DNA of 64,000 bases from the human T2T-CHM13v2.0 reference genome, Homo sapiens (GCF_009914755.1 NC_060930.1); one strand, 5' to 3'; shown: positions 1-14,104, counted from the first letter of the stretch. Notes: generated by a model not told the origin, from the sequence alone. Numbers and translations: made by a program.

Positions 1-53
1 GTGTGCCCTCCGCAGGCGGGCAGGCGCGCGAGGCGCTCCGGTAATCGCTATCC

Positions 54-75
54 TTCCGGGAAACGAAAACGAAAG
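54..75 (+). promoter_or_regulatory. Overlapping GAS + ISRE/IRF-E composite with ETS core
   Basis: TTCCGGGAA (54-62) matches TTCNNNGAA. GAAA half-sites at 60-63, 65-68 and 71-74 (GAAACGAAAACGAAA). CCGGAAG is on the minus strand. Confidence 0.8.
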
Positions 76-105
76 AGCGGGATGCGGTTCCACTTGCGCC
101 GCTGC

Positions 106-136
106 GGGCTAGGGGCAGGGCAGGGCAGGGCAGGGG
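106..136 (+). other. Potential G-quadruplex, (GGGCA)n
   Basis: Six G3-4 tracts with 2-3 nt loops: gggctaggggcagggcagggcagggcagggg. Confidence 0.65.
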
Positions 137-828
137 CCGGCCCCGTGGGAGCGCAGCCCCGGGGCGCTGCCCGCTCGCTAGCCTGGGAGGCGTGGGTCCT
201 GCACACAGCCTCCAGCCGGCGGACAGTCCCTCTGGCGACCTGGCCTTGGCTCCCACTGGGGCAGAGCCGGGATTCTGCAGGATCTGAGGATCTAAGGGGA
301 CCCCTAGTCCTGAACTCGGAACCAACTGCGTCTCTCACGGTCCCGAGCCCAGGACCAGGAAGGACCCTGTGAGTCTCCGCACATAGGATAGGAAGGGGCC
401 TCGCATGGTGCCTCTCCCTTTAGGGGTGAGTGACCTTCCCGGCCCCGATACTGTCTCGGCCTGCCGTTTGGCCCCGCTGAGGCCCCACAGGTCCGGAACC
501 GTCGCGCCACCATCAGAGCGGCTGTGCTCTCCTGAGCAGGGCCAGACTACTCGGAGATCCCGACTGACACCTTTTCCTGGGCCTCTGGGTGCTCCGGGGT
601 TGGTGCCTGCCCACCCATCACCCTTTCCATCTGTCTCAGCTCCCCCTGTCTCAAGAGAGGTTGTGCGCATAAAAACAAACCAGAAGACACCGAAGAAAAG
701 GAAAGAAAAGCATTAACAACCTTCTGCTGAAAATCTGAGGGTGTAGACGCTGTTACAAAGTAGGCTTAGCACTGGTATATCATCACAAGCTCTAGGCCAG
801 CAATAAGAAACCAGTAAGAACAAGGTCA

Positions 829-1056
<228 letters not shown>

Positions 1057-2106
1057 TTAGCCGGGCATGGTGGGGCTACACCTGTAGCCCCAGCTATTCA
1101 GGAGGCTGAGGATGGAAGATCGCTTGAGCCTGAGAGTTGGAGGCTGCAGTGAGCCGTGACTGTGCCACTGCACTCCAGCCTGGGCAGCAGAGAAAGAAAA
1201 AGATGCTCAGACAAACTCACTATTTTAAATGTGCAAATTAAAGTTATTCTGAGATAGAAATTTTTACCCATAAATTTGGCAAAAATTTAAAAGTTTACTA
1301 ACATAATCTGCTGGAAAAGCTGAGGTAAAGTGGTGCAACCCCACAGCGGGGTCTGGCAAATTTACAAATGCATTTTCCTTTCACCCAGCAATCTGCCTAC
1401 CAGAAATTTATTCAACAAATATCCAAAGTATACATAGTTACTTATTTAATCATGGTTTATAATAGCAAAGTATGAGAAATAACTCAGGTGTCCACAAAAG
1501 GAGGCTTGATAAACTAATGCACATTCATTTCTTTTAATTTTAATTTTCTATTTTTTTTTTTTTTTAGAGACAGGGTCTCACTCTGTCGCCCAGGCTGGAG
1601 TGCAGTGGTGCCATCAAAGCCCACCTTAACCTCCAACTCCTGGGCTCCAGTGATCTCCCACCTCAGCTCCCAAAGCACTGGGATTACAGATGTGAGCCAC
1701 CACACCCAGCCAAATTATGTACATTCATTTAACTGAATACAATACAACACTTTATGGAGTTCTCTGTGGATCATGGCAAGCTCTCCAAGAGGCAGTATGG
1801 CATAGTGGATAATAATCTAGACTTAGGAACACCTGCCTGGTTTGGAATCCCAGCCATGTCATTTTACTGGCTGTGTGCCCTTGAGCAAGTTTGTGTTAAC
1901 CACTCTACTGCCTCCCTCTACTAACTACTGCCTCAATTTTTTAACAGTAAAAAAGAGCAAATAATAATACCTATCCCATAAGGTTATGAATAAGTAAGTT
2001 AACTTTTATAAAACACCCAGAACAGTGCCTGAACACCCACGCTAAGTAAAAAAATCAAGGTACAAAACAGTGTGTATTACATGCTACCTCTTGTATGTAA
2101 ATATAC

Positions 2107-2144
<38 letters not shown>

Positions 2145-2247
2145 ATTAATTAGTATTTATACAAAGAACCTCTGGAAGGATACATAAAAACGAATAAGCA
2201 TAACTGGAATTTAGAGTAGAAAATAATAGAAAGGGTTTTTGTTGTAA

Positions 2248-2546
<299 letters not shown>

Positions 2547-2855
2547 TGAGCCACTGTGCCTGGCCTTGTTTTGATTTTTGAATCATATAAATAAAAACCT
2601 ATTCAAAATAAATTTTAAAAAGACAGTTTTAGGGCTAGTCAGCCAGAACCTAAGTAATAATAGAAATAAATATGCACTGCCTGCGACAGACTAAAAAATG
2701 GAGACATTTCCCTTTGGAAGGACAAAGTCAATGCTATGTATAATCAAAGTCTACAAACCAATATGAGCAGGAATAAGTGGCTAGACCCTGCCGTGGGGTT
2801 CCTCCTTCAAAAAAGAAATATGCACAGGGGTTTCATGCTCAATAAAATAACAATA

Positions 2856-2861
2856 TTTATT
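2856..2861 (-). terminator. PXT1: Candidate PXT1 polyadenylation signal AATAAA (3' UTR ~2835-4049)
   Basis: tttatt on the + strand, about 1.2 kb past the stop codon, followed on the minus strand by a U-rich element (atatttctttttg). Confidence 0.55.
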
Positions 2862-4049
2862 TCATTTTTAGAATTTTTTAAAATAACACTTCCCCTATGA
2901 AGAACTCAAGATACATATGTAAACTTTTAATTTATAACAACAAGCTTTCCTAATATTTATAATTCTTTTAAAGGAGGGGAGAGAGGGACTATGAGGTAGA
3001 CAAAAAGGTAAAAGAAGAAGCATGCAGGTGAAAGAACTGCCTAACAGCGTGCAGGAGAGAATGAGTGAAATACATTCCACAGGCAAAGGGCCCACCAACC
3101 AATAATAGCAAAACCATCCAGCAATAGGAAAAGAGAAGTTTTTGCCTAGTGATAGATTCATAACTCTTTCAGGTCTTACATTCTTCTAGAAGGCAGGACT
3201 GTTGGCCAAGGACTAAGCACTCCCGATTTTAAGCAGGCATGCCTAAAAGAGGATGACAGAGCAGGGAAAGATACCTTCGAGCAGGGTCGAGTGGTATGGG
3301 AAAACACTGGAGTGGTGAAGGAAGACTTGAAGGGGGTCACAGAGGAGTGAGGGGATCAAAGGTGAGAAAAGAACGTAAATGTTGTAGAATCAGAGCCTGA
3401 GAAGGAAACACCCAACGGTGCTAGTGGTAGTAGTGGGGCCTCTAGGCATGGAAATGGGAAGGTAGATGAGATGAGCCATATGTTGAATTTGAGTATTAGA
3501 GACAAATGTTTCACTTCGATTTTCCAGAGAGGGTTGGAGCCAGGATTGGGGCAGGGAGGTGACATGTCACCGAGAAGGAGAAGCTGGCACTGCAGATCTG
3601 GACATGAGTGACAAGAGTGGAGCCAACAGGTCACCAGAGGGCATGGTGCCCAGGGAGTGGGCCAGGAGGTAGTGCCCATTTCTGTGGCCTTTAGTTTGAG
3701 GACGAGGTTCTCTTTCATTCCTGGAAGGAAATGTTCAAGGTTTCCTCACAAGGAGCCCTGGGACCATCCACAGCGCTGGTGTTTTCTGGGCAGCAAGGCT
3801 TCCTGGGGTCCTAATTACTCCTTGGGCTTTACCGTGATGTGATCGCAGACATCTCATAGCTAGCTCCTCCGAAGAGACAAATGGCTCGTGAACCCGCAGT
3901 TCTTCAACAAACTGGGTGTAGACCAACAGTGATGGGTACAAAAAGAGGGAGACGGAGAAGGGTGTTCTTCCCATCTGTCCCAGTGGGATTCATGTTTCTC
4001 AGAGGGTAAAAAGAAAACAGAACTTGACCACTTGACCTTTACTTTCCTT

Positions 4050-4154
4050 TTACAGCAAATGGTTGTTCCAGAAAAAATGCAGCAACACCTGAACTCTTCT
4101 AAAGAAAAAGAAGACAAAATGATCTAGTGCATCTCTGCCATCCTGTTGAAGATC
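4050..4154 (-). CDS. PXT1: PXT1 last coding exon (DLQQDGRDALDHFVFFFFRRVQVLLHFFWNNHLL*)
   Basis: Acceptor ...ctcccttttttcaaatAG (4155-4156), 34 codons plus TAA (4050-4052). The C-terminal NHL(L) is the known PTS1-like end of PXT1. Confidence 0.95.
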   Translation of the reverse strand, partial: DLQQDGRDALDHFVFFFFRRVQVLLHFFWNNHLL

Positions 4155-5268
4155 CTATTTGAAAAAAGGGAGACACAGAGAAAGGTTTTTTTTTTTTTTA
4201 AAGTGATAGAATAATCCAAAGTTAAAAATTCAACACAATGGAAAATATTAATTCAATCCATGCTGCAAACAAGCTTCTTGGGTTGCTTTATGAATTGTAT
4301 GAGCTGAAGGACAGTACCTTCCATATGGTCATATCCTCACAACGCCTCTGGACATATTTTCCTATCTGACCGTCTTTCCTATCTGGCCTCAAACTCCTGG
4401 GCTCAAGTGATTCTCCCACCTCGGCCTCCCCAGTAGCTAGGACCACAGATGCATGCCACCATGTCTGGCTAATTTTTAAAAATATTTTGTGCAGACAGGG
4501 TCTCACTATGTTGCCTTGGCTGGTCTCAACAAACTGGGGCTCATCAGTAAATTGGGGCACTCTTTTCAGGGCTGATAACCTATTCCCCTGGATTCCCAAA
4601 ACACTTTCTTAGTTCTTTCAAAGAGGTGAGCAAGTTTGCCTTGAGGCTAGAAGAATGGAGAGAAGACTGGGCATGGTGGCTCCTGCCTGTAGTCCCAGCA
4701 CTTTGGGAGGCCAAGGCAGGTGAATGGCTTGAGTTCAGGAATTTGAGACCAGCCTAGGCAACATGGTGAAACCTCATCTCTAGAAAAACTGAGCCAGGCA
4801 TGGTGGCACACACCTGTAGTCCCAGCTACTCAGGAGGCTGAGGTGGGAGGATCACCTGAGCCTGGGAAGTTGAGGCTGCAGTGAGCTGTGATTGTGCCAC
4901 AGCACTCCAGCCTGGGCAACAGAGGGAGATCCTGTCTCAATAATAATAATAATAATTAATAATGTCTAGGACTTAGATGGGCAAAGAGGTGAGGTGAATA
5001 TTAAGTATTTTGGAGCAGAAAGTAACAACTGTTTATGTCGGAACATCAGAAAAAGAAGACCATGGGTCAGACACAAATGCTCCCCCGCCTGCCCCCTGCA
5101 GTCTGTTCTCAGCACAGCCCCCTCTGTGGACTGTTGAAATGCGGCTTCTCTGCTCAGTGCCCTCCGATGGCACCACCTCACTTAGAAAAAAAGTCCTTGC
5201 AGTGACCTCAAGGCCCTACCTAATCTGCCCACCACCCACCCTTCTGACCATATCTTTTTTTTTTTTGA

Positions 5269-5544
<276 letters not shown>

Positions 5545-7559
5545 TGACCATATCTTTTATGACCTTCTCCCTCACTCAGCTTCAGCCACACTGGCCTCCT
5601 TGCCATTCTTCAAACACATGAGATGCACTCCTGCCCCAAGCGCTTTGCTGTCCTCCTGCCTCCAATCCTCTGCCTCCTCCCCAATATCCACAGCTCAGTC
5701 CCACACTTCTTTCAAGGTTTTCCTCAGAAGTCACCTTCTTGGTGGCTCATGCCTGTAAGCACTTTGGGAGGCCAAGGCTGGTGGATCACTTGAGCCCAGG
5801 AGTTTGAGACCAGCCTGACCAACATGGTGAAACACCCCCTCTACTAAAAATACAAAAATAGCCAGGTGTGGTGGTGCATGCCTGTAATCCCAGCTACTCG
5901 GGAGGCTGAGGCATGATAATTGCTTGCACCTGGGAGCAGAGGTTGCGGTGACAACTTTGTGCCATGGCATTCTAGCCTGGATGACAGAGTGAGACTATGC
6001 CTCAAAAAAAAAAAAAAAGTCACCTTCTCAATGAGGCCTTCCCTTAACATCTCTACTTAAAATTGCAAACCCCAACACTCCTTATCCCTTTCCTTGCTTT
6101 ATTTTTCTCCAAAGCATGTATCTCTATCTGATAAACTACATACTTTATTTGTGTAGATACTGTTTGTCTCCCTTAAAAACTCCGTGAGATCAGTAATATT
6201 GTCTCTTTGATCACTCCCATATCTCCGGTACTTAAACAGAGCCTGACATACAGCAGGTGCTCAATATAAGTTGAAGAAATGAATTCAGGAAGGAATGAAA
6301 AACCATTAGCAGTAGGCTAAGGAACTTAGACTTTGTCCTGCTAGTAACCGAAAATCATTAAAGGATTTTTCTCCCCCTCTTATAGTCGATATCAGCTAGG
6401 AAAACGGAATGAGTTTCCTTTCAGCATGGCAGACAAGAAAAAGTATAGAACACTGAGTCAGATGCTCATATATTTAAATTCTAGTTTTGCCACTTAGAAG
6501 CTAAGTGACCTTTGATAAGTTTTGTAATCTCTCTGAAACTCCATTGCTTCTCCTGAAATACCTATGACAGTAATTCATAGGGTTATTGGGGGAATTAAAT
6601 GAAACATGTAGAAGTGTCTCAAACAGTACCTGGAAAAAATGTTTTAATAAATGTTTGTTTCCCTCCCTTCTTTCTAACAAACTGAGAAATTCCCTATGCA
6701 TTATGATATCAGTCAGATTCCCAGAGGAAACAGATGGCACACCCAAATTAGGCTAATTCGAGGTGAGTTAAATAAAGAGACTCTAAAAGGTGTGGAGAAA
6801 CCACAGAGGATGGTGTAGTACCTAGACCCAGTGACAACTCTGTTGGGGCATAGAGACAGGGGCGTAGGGACAGGGAGGGAGGAGTTTCCAGAACCCAGAA
6901 GGAGAGAAAAATTTCAAAGGCATATTTAAAATTCTAAAAGTGATGAGAAGCCTAACTATTTTAAAACATGCTTTATATCTAGAAAAAGTATATGTCCCGG
7001 GTTTAAAAAAAAAAACTGAATTAAAAAAAAAAGCAGATACTTGAACCAAAACCCCACACAACTCAATGGCAAAATAGAAGATTTTTTTTTTCTTTTTCAG
7101 ATTCAGGGTCTCCCTCTGTCACCCATGTTGAAGTGCAGTGACACAATCATAGCTCACTACGGCCTCGAATTCCTGGGCTCAAGCAATCCTCCCACTTCAG
7201 CCTCCCAAGTAGCTGGACTACAGGCACACACCACCACACCTGGCTAATTTTTTTAAAAATTGTTTTGTAGAGACAGGGATCTCAAACAAAAAAAAGAGAG
7301 AGAGAGAGACAGGGGTCTCACTATGTTGCCCAGGCTGGTCTCAAACTCCTGGCCTCAGCCTCCCAACGTGCTGGGATTACAGGTGTGAGCCACTGTGCCC
7401 GGCCTAAAAGATGTTATTTTGAGAAACACAGAACACTTTTGAAAAGACAGAGCACTTGCTTAAGTAAAAAGAACAAGAGAGCAAAAAATTTGGCAGCTCA
7501 ACAACAATCCATTTAGCAGATAAAAATATAAATTGATGAGCTGCTTGATAGGCAGTTCC

Positions 7560-7690
7560 AAGAGCAAGAATAAAAGTTTCTTTAAATACATCAATGGCAG
7601 GAAGGCATCTAGAGAATCGATGTGACTGCTTGATTAAACAGAGTACAAAAGGTAAATAAATGATGACTATATAGGAAAGAAAGTTACCAT
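7560..7690 (+). mobile_element. Ancient CR1/L3 LINE ORF2 remnant
   Basis: Translates to NKSFFKYINGRKASRESM*LLD, resembling the CR1 ORF2 motif 'FFKYI..KR..RE.VGPLL'. Confidence 0.55.
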
Positions 7691-7734
7691 GCCAGACTTG
7701 AAATTCTGTTAAAGTTCCTTGATTTGAACTTTGA

Positions 7735-7986
<252 letters not shown>

Positions 7987-8379
7987 TAAAGGTGTTCTAG
8001 GCTGAGCGCGGTGGCTCATGCCTGTAATCCTAGCACTTTGGGAGGCCGAGGCAGGCAGATTGCTTGAGCCCAGGAGTTTGAGACCAGGCTGGGCAACATG
8101 GTGAAATCCTGTCTCTACAAAAAAATACAAAAAAATTACCCAGGTGTGGTGGTGGGCAACTGTGGTCCCAGCTACTCTGGAGGCCTACGTGGGAGGATTC
8201 CTTGAACCTGGGAAGTTGAGGCTGCAGTGAGATAGTGCCACTGTACTCCAAATTGGGCAACAGAGTGGGACCCTGTCTCAAAAAACAAACAAACAAAAGA
8301 AGGTATTCTAAAGTACAAGTTTATAGGTTTATAGTACAGAACAAATGTCTAGGTCAAAACCAGCTTTATAAAGTTCTGC

Positions 8380-10985
8380 AAGAAAAGCTGGAGCAGGCAT
8401 AAGGATAGCTATACAGATCAGCGGAACAGAATTGAGAGTACAGAAAGAAACCCTCATATTTACAGCCCACTGGTTTTCAACAAGGGTGCCAATGATGGCA
8501 ATGGCTGCTGTCCTCATGCTGGCTGCAGCAGGAAGGTGCAGCTGGGGCCACATGCTCCATGGAGCCAGTAGGAGCCCAGCCCCTTCTGAGTTGGGGCAGG
8601 AGCTCCCTGGGTGCCACTGTGGCCACCCTCCCAGTTGCAGGACCCAGGCATCTCTGCAGCTTGCACCCTCAGGGGCCCCAGGAAGCACCCTACCCCTACC
8701 CCTGAAGGCTCAGGGGTGTCTGCTGCCACTGCCTGGCCTCTCTCTGCTCCCAGAGCCTGCTCCAATCTCTGAGCAGGGGTTGGGGCTGAGTCCCGCATGG
8801 CGCCGGAGGCAGATTGATTCCTGGGTGGAAGGGGGTGGGTCCCCAGTGAGACCCCACCTTCAGGCCAGGGAAGGCCTAAAGGCTGGGGGCTAGGCTGCCA
8901 GTCCTGTGGACCAGAGTGAGGACTGGTGGTGCCTCTTCCAGGCCCACCCATGACCACCCATCGACCAATCAGCATGCACTGCCTCCCCTCTGAGGTCCAT
9001 ATAAGCCTTGGGCTCAGCCAGAGCAGGGCAGATGATGTCCTCAGGACAAAGAGGGTAGAGAGACAATGGAATGATCAGCTGCAGAGAGGAGCTACCCTCC
9101 CTGCTGATAGCTGGAGATGAGGAAACAACAAGTTGCAGAGAGGAACTGCCCTCTCTGCTAAGAGCTGCAGAGATGACCTGCTGGCAGAGAGGAGCCACCC
9201 TTCCCAGGGCCACCTCTCCACTGACAGCTGCAGACATTGGGACGACTAGTTGCAAAGAGGAGCTACTCTTTGCTGAGGGCCTCCTCTCTGCTGAGAACTG
9301 AACACTCAATGGATAACCTGCCTACAGAGAGGAGCTACCCACTGCGGATCTCCTCTGAGCTGTTGTAACACTCAATAAAGCTCATCTTTGTCTTGTTTAC
9401 CCTTCACTTGTCTGCATACCTCATTCTTCCTGGATGCATTCTTACTGGGTGCAGGAAAAGAACTTGGGCAAAAGATGCCATGGCCACAGAGGTTTCCGGC
9501 CAGAAAATTGACACCCCAAAGATCCCATAACACCAAGACAATTTATAGGGAAACAATAGTCTTTTCAACAAATGGTACTCCAGGCACAGTGAGATGTACC
9601 TATAGTCCCAGCTACTTAGGAGGTTGAGGTGGGACGATCTCTGGAGCCCAGGAGTTTGAGGCCAGTCTGGGCAGCATAACAAGACCCCGTCTCAAACAAA
9701 TAAACAAACAACAACAAAATCCAAATGGTGTTGGGACAACAACCCATATGCAAAAAAATGAAGATAGACTCTTAACTAAAATGTATGTAAAAATTAACTT
9801 CAAATGGATCAAAGATCTAAATTTAACAATTAAAACTAAAAAGCCTTTAGAAGAAAACATAAGTGTGACACCCAAAGCAAAAGCACTAGCAACAAAAAGA
9901 AAAGTAGATAAATTGAACTTCATCAAAATTCAAAACTTTTGTACTTCAAAGTACACTATCAATAAAGTAAAAGGACAACCTACAGAATGGGATACGATAT
10001 TTGCAAATCATATATCTGATAAGGAACTTACATCTAGAATATACAAATGACTCCTAGGCCAAGGCAGGAGCCCAGGAATCCAGGACCAGCCTGGGCAACA
10101 TAGTGAGGGCCTGTCTCTACAAAAAATAAAATAAAATAAAAATTAAAAAATTAGCCAGGTGTGGTGACATGTGCCTGTGGTCTCAGCTACTCAGGAGGCT
10201 GAGGTGGGAGGATCAATTGAACCCAGGAGTTCAAGGCTGTGTAAGCTATGATCACAGCACTGCACTCCAGATTAGGCAACAGAGCAAGACTCTGTCTCAA
10301 AAAAAAAAGACTCCTACAATAATAAAAAGATAAGTAGTCAATTATAAATGGGCAAGGATATGAATAGACATTTCTCCAAAGAGAAAAATGACCAATAAGC
10401 ATATGAAAAGATGCACATTATTCATCAGGGAAATGCAAATCAAAAGCACAATGAGATACACTTCATACTCACTAGGATGGCTACAATCAAAAAGATAGTT
10501 AATAACAAATGTTGGCAAGGATGTGAAGAAACTGGAACCCTCATACACTGCTGGTGGGCCACAGTGTATAATAGTGCAGCCACTTTGGAAAACAGTCTGG
10601 AAGTTCCTCAAAAAGTGAAACATAGAGATGTCACATGACCCAGCAATTCCATTCCTAGGTATGTACCCCAAAAAAATAAAAACATGTCTACACAAAAAGT
10701 TATATACAAACATTCACAGCATCATTATACATGATAGCCACAAAGTGGAAACAACCCAAATGTCCAACCACTGGTGAATGGATAAGCAAAATGTGGTATA
10801 TCGTACAATAGAATATTCAACTGTAAAAAGAAGTAAAATACTGATACATGCTACAATGTGGATAAGCCTTGAAAAAAGTATGTTAAGTGAAAGAAGCCAT
10901 ACACAAAGTTCCATGTTGTGTTATTCTACTTATATAAAATGTCCAGAATAGGCAAATCCACAGAGACACAAAGTAGATTGGTGGG
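8380..10985 (+). mobile_element. L1M/L1MB-type LINE 3' portion interrupted by an LTR and Alus
   Basis: ORF2-like peptide (KINFKWIKDLN...PTEWDTIFANHISDKEL) and an L1MB-like 3' UTR (aaatgtccagaataggcaaatcc). Confidence 0.85.
8493..9532 (+). mobile_element. Solo ERV1 LTR, MER52-like
   Basis: TG...CA ends (TGATGGCA...CCCATAACA), 4-bp TSD CCAA (8489-8492 / 9533-9536), internal GAGGAGCTACCC repeats and AATAAA at ~9375. It splits the L1 sequence ggtgccaa|gacaatt. Confidence 0.8.
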
Positions 10986-11309
10986 GCTGGGCTTTGCACT
11001 GGCTGTTCCCTCTGCCTGGAACACTTTCCCACTCCAGGTGTTCTCATGGCTAGCTCCTTCATTTCCAGGCTCTGCTTAAATATCACCTTCCCAGAGATGC
11101 CTTCCCTGACAGCCCATTGGAAGTCACTCTCCATCAGTCAGTGTGCCCTGATCCTGCTTGGAGCTTGCATCCCTGTCTGACTTGGCTATTTATTGTTCAT
11201 CTGCCTTGTTATCTGCCCCCTCCCCACATCATTTCTATGAGCCCTGCTGCTCACTGCTGTAGCCACCAATGCCTGGAACTGAGTCTGGCATATAGTAGGC
11301 ATTCAATAA

Positions 11310-11612
<303 letters not shown>

Positions 11613-12204
11613 TAGAGACGGGGTTTCACCAGGTTGGCCAGGATGGTCACGAACTCCTGACCTCAAGTGATCTGCCCGCCTTGGCCTCCCAAAGTGCTGG
11701 GATTACAGGCGTGAGCCACCGCACCTGGCCCCCTCTTGCTTTTATAGCATTATTGTTGGGATCTCCCATTCATGTTTTGTCTCCAGGATGTTTTATTTGA
11801 GGGAAAGGCTGTGTGTTGTCCACATTTGGACCTGAGTATAAAAGAGTACACGGCACTCCCTGTGGCATGCATGGTGGAGGACAGCATGGTGGAAGCTGCA
11901 CCAAGAAAGCTTCACAGGATAGTTGAATCTAAGGGCAAGAAGTTGGGCTCTGAGAGGTCTGCCACCCCGTCTGTCACAAAGCCCATGTAATCATTCTCTC
12001 CTGCCAAATACAGGTTGTTTCGGAGGAAAACTAAGTTAGCTGTGGATTTCATCACCCCCAAAATTTCAAACAGTAATCATTAGTCTTTCCTATTTTCCCT
12101 TATCATCTGTTATAATAATCAGGAGATTCTAAGAAACCGGCCAGGGTAGGGCCTGCATCCTACCCTTCGGGCTGATTCAGGGAGGATAACCACAGTCCAA
12201 GGCA

Positions 12205-12555
12205 TAGGTTCTCCTCCCTGACTGTGCATTAGATTCACTGAGGCAGTTTTTAAAATGCCAGGTTCCCAGGCCTTACCTTGTGCCAATTAAATCAGAATTT
12301 CTCCAGGTTGGGCCCAGGCATCTGTCGTTTTTAAAACTCAACAGGTGATTCTAATTGCATCCAGTTTTGAGGGTGTGAAACAGTTTGTTACACTTCAATG
12401 TGCACACAAATCCCCTGGGGAATGTGTAAAAAGGTAGATTCTGATTCTGACTGTGTGGGCTGGTCTGACTGTGTGGGCTGGAGTCTCAGATCTTGCACAT
12501 CTAATCAAGTGATGCTGATGCTGCCAGTCCACAGACCACAGTCTGAGTAGCAAGT
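12205..12555. mobile_element. MER5-like hAT MITE pair
   Basis: gaatc/gattct...ggcccagg...aggtgattct motifs. An 18-bp tandem duplication (ctgactgtgtgggctgg) lies at ~12447-12481. Confidence 0.6.
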
Positions 12556-12737
12556 ATGAGATTAAATGCCAGCTTTGGCTCAGGTTCACAATGTTTAGAT
12601 CTAACATTTGGTAATCCAGACAGCATTATTCCATTAATTCTGATAATTCCTGGGCATCTCAGACACTTGGCAGCCGTAGTTTTGTTTGCTCTTTCCTCCT
12701 ACCTGACAGGCCCTGGCTGGGGAAACTGAAGCCTCAC

Positions 12738-12868
12738 CTCTCGAACCATCCTATGATCAATGTTGTCCCCAATGTGTCTCAGCTGCATGGCCAACTTGTG
12801 AATTATTTCCTCCTGGTGATGCTTCTGAACAATGCTATGCTCCTTGGGCTGAGAAAGTAGATTATGAT
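12738..12868 (-). CDS. PXT1: PXT1 internal coding exon with BH3-like motif (DHNLLSQPKEHSIVQKHHQEEIIHKLAMQLRHIGDNIDHRMVRE)
   Basis: Acceptor AG at 12869-12870, donor GTGAG at 12737-12733. 131 nt, phase 1 to phase 0, compatible with both neighbours. Contains LxxxGD (LRHIGD). Confidence 0.95.
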
Positions 12869-13147
12869 CTGCATTGAGAAAAAAGAGTTCAAAAGAGATA
12901 ATCCCACTTAATTATCTGTAAAATCACTTACCACTAGTTACTAAAAACTGTCTTAGAAAATGAGAGGGTTGGCCAGATGCAGTGGCTCACGCCTGTAATC
13001 CCAGCACTTTAGGAGGCCAAGGTGGGTGGATCACTTGAGGTCAAGAGTTCAAGACCAGCCTGGTCAACACAGTGAAACCCTGTTTCTACTAAAAATACAA
13101 AAAATTAGCTGGATGTGGTGACGGGTGCCTGTAATCCCTGCTACTCA

Positions 13148-13252
<105 letters not shown>

Positions 13253-13325
13253 TCAAAAAAAAAAAGAGTTGAAATTCAGTTATTATAATAATTATCAAAA
13301 AGCAAAGCCTATCTATTGGAATAGA

Positions 13326-14104
13326 TCAGCTCTCTCCAATAGAAATATAATTCAAGCCACATATGTAATTTTAAAGTTTCAAGTAGTAAAATCAGGTAAA
13401 ATTAATTTTAGTAATTTATTTTACCTAAATCAATATATCCAAAATATTATTATAACATTAATAAATATAAAATTATTAATGATATATTTTACATTTTTAA
13501 ATTATACCTAAGTCTTTGAAATTTGGTGTTTATTTTGTACTTATAGGACACCTCAATTTAGATGCTAACTTTTCACTGGAAAACCTTGATCTATACTTAG
13601 ATTTCATGAAGTTGACAGTTTAAAACGTAGATTCAGGCCAGATGCAATGGCTCACATCTATAATCCCAAAACTTTGGGAGGCCAAACTGGGAGGATCACT
13701 TGAGCCAGGGCAACATAGTAAGACCTTGTCTCTACAGAAAATTTAAAAATTAGCTATGTGTGGTGGCTCACACCTGTAGTCCCACCTACTCGACTGAAGC
13801 TGACATGGGAGAATTGCTTGAGCCCGGGAGGGGAGGCTGGAGCGAGCTATGATCACACCACTGCGCTCCAGCCTGAGCAACAGAGCAAGACCCTGTCTCA
13901 AAAAAAAAAAAAAAATAGATTCACATATCCAGGTCATTTCAAACATACTTAAAAGGGCTCTAACAATTAAATCAATGATCAGTTTTCAAATTTAAATTAA
14001 TTAAAATTAATTAAAACTTAAAATTCAGTTCCTCAATTGCACCAGCCACATTTCAAGTGCTAATAACCAAATGTGGTTAGTAGCTATTGTATTGGACAAG
14101 CAGT
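13326..14104. mobile_element. Charlie1/MER33-type hAT DNA transposon remnant with Alu insertion
   Basis: Ends cagctctctccaatagaaatataa ... tattgtattggacaagcag. A related copy lies at ~39774-40115. Confidence 0.65.

Larger units (their letters stand above)
1..700. promoter_or_regulatory. ETV7: CpG island: promoter/5' region of ETV7 (minus strand, gene body lies left of the window)
   Basis: GC- and CpG-rich block with interferon-response motifs. The identity is inferred from recalled gene order next to the PXT1 3' end and from ETV7 being an interferon-stimulated gene. No ETV7 codons are visible. Confidence 0.75.

Noticed and set aside
1-716. Several 70-120-aa ORFs in the left CpG island
   Set aside because: Same GC-rich artefact; no resemblance to ETV7 PNT or ETS domains.
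3860-4117. 85-aa ORF MSSFSLEEFRCCC...
   Set aside because: Alternative frame of the true PXT1 last exon, with a non-ATG start.
8329-9309. Overlapping 120-150-aa ORFs
   Set aside because: They lie within the MER52-like solo LTR and are non-coding.
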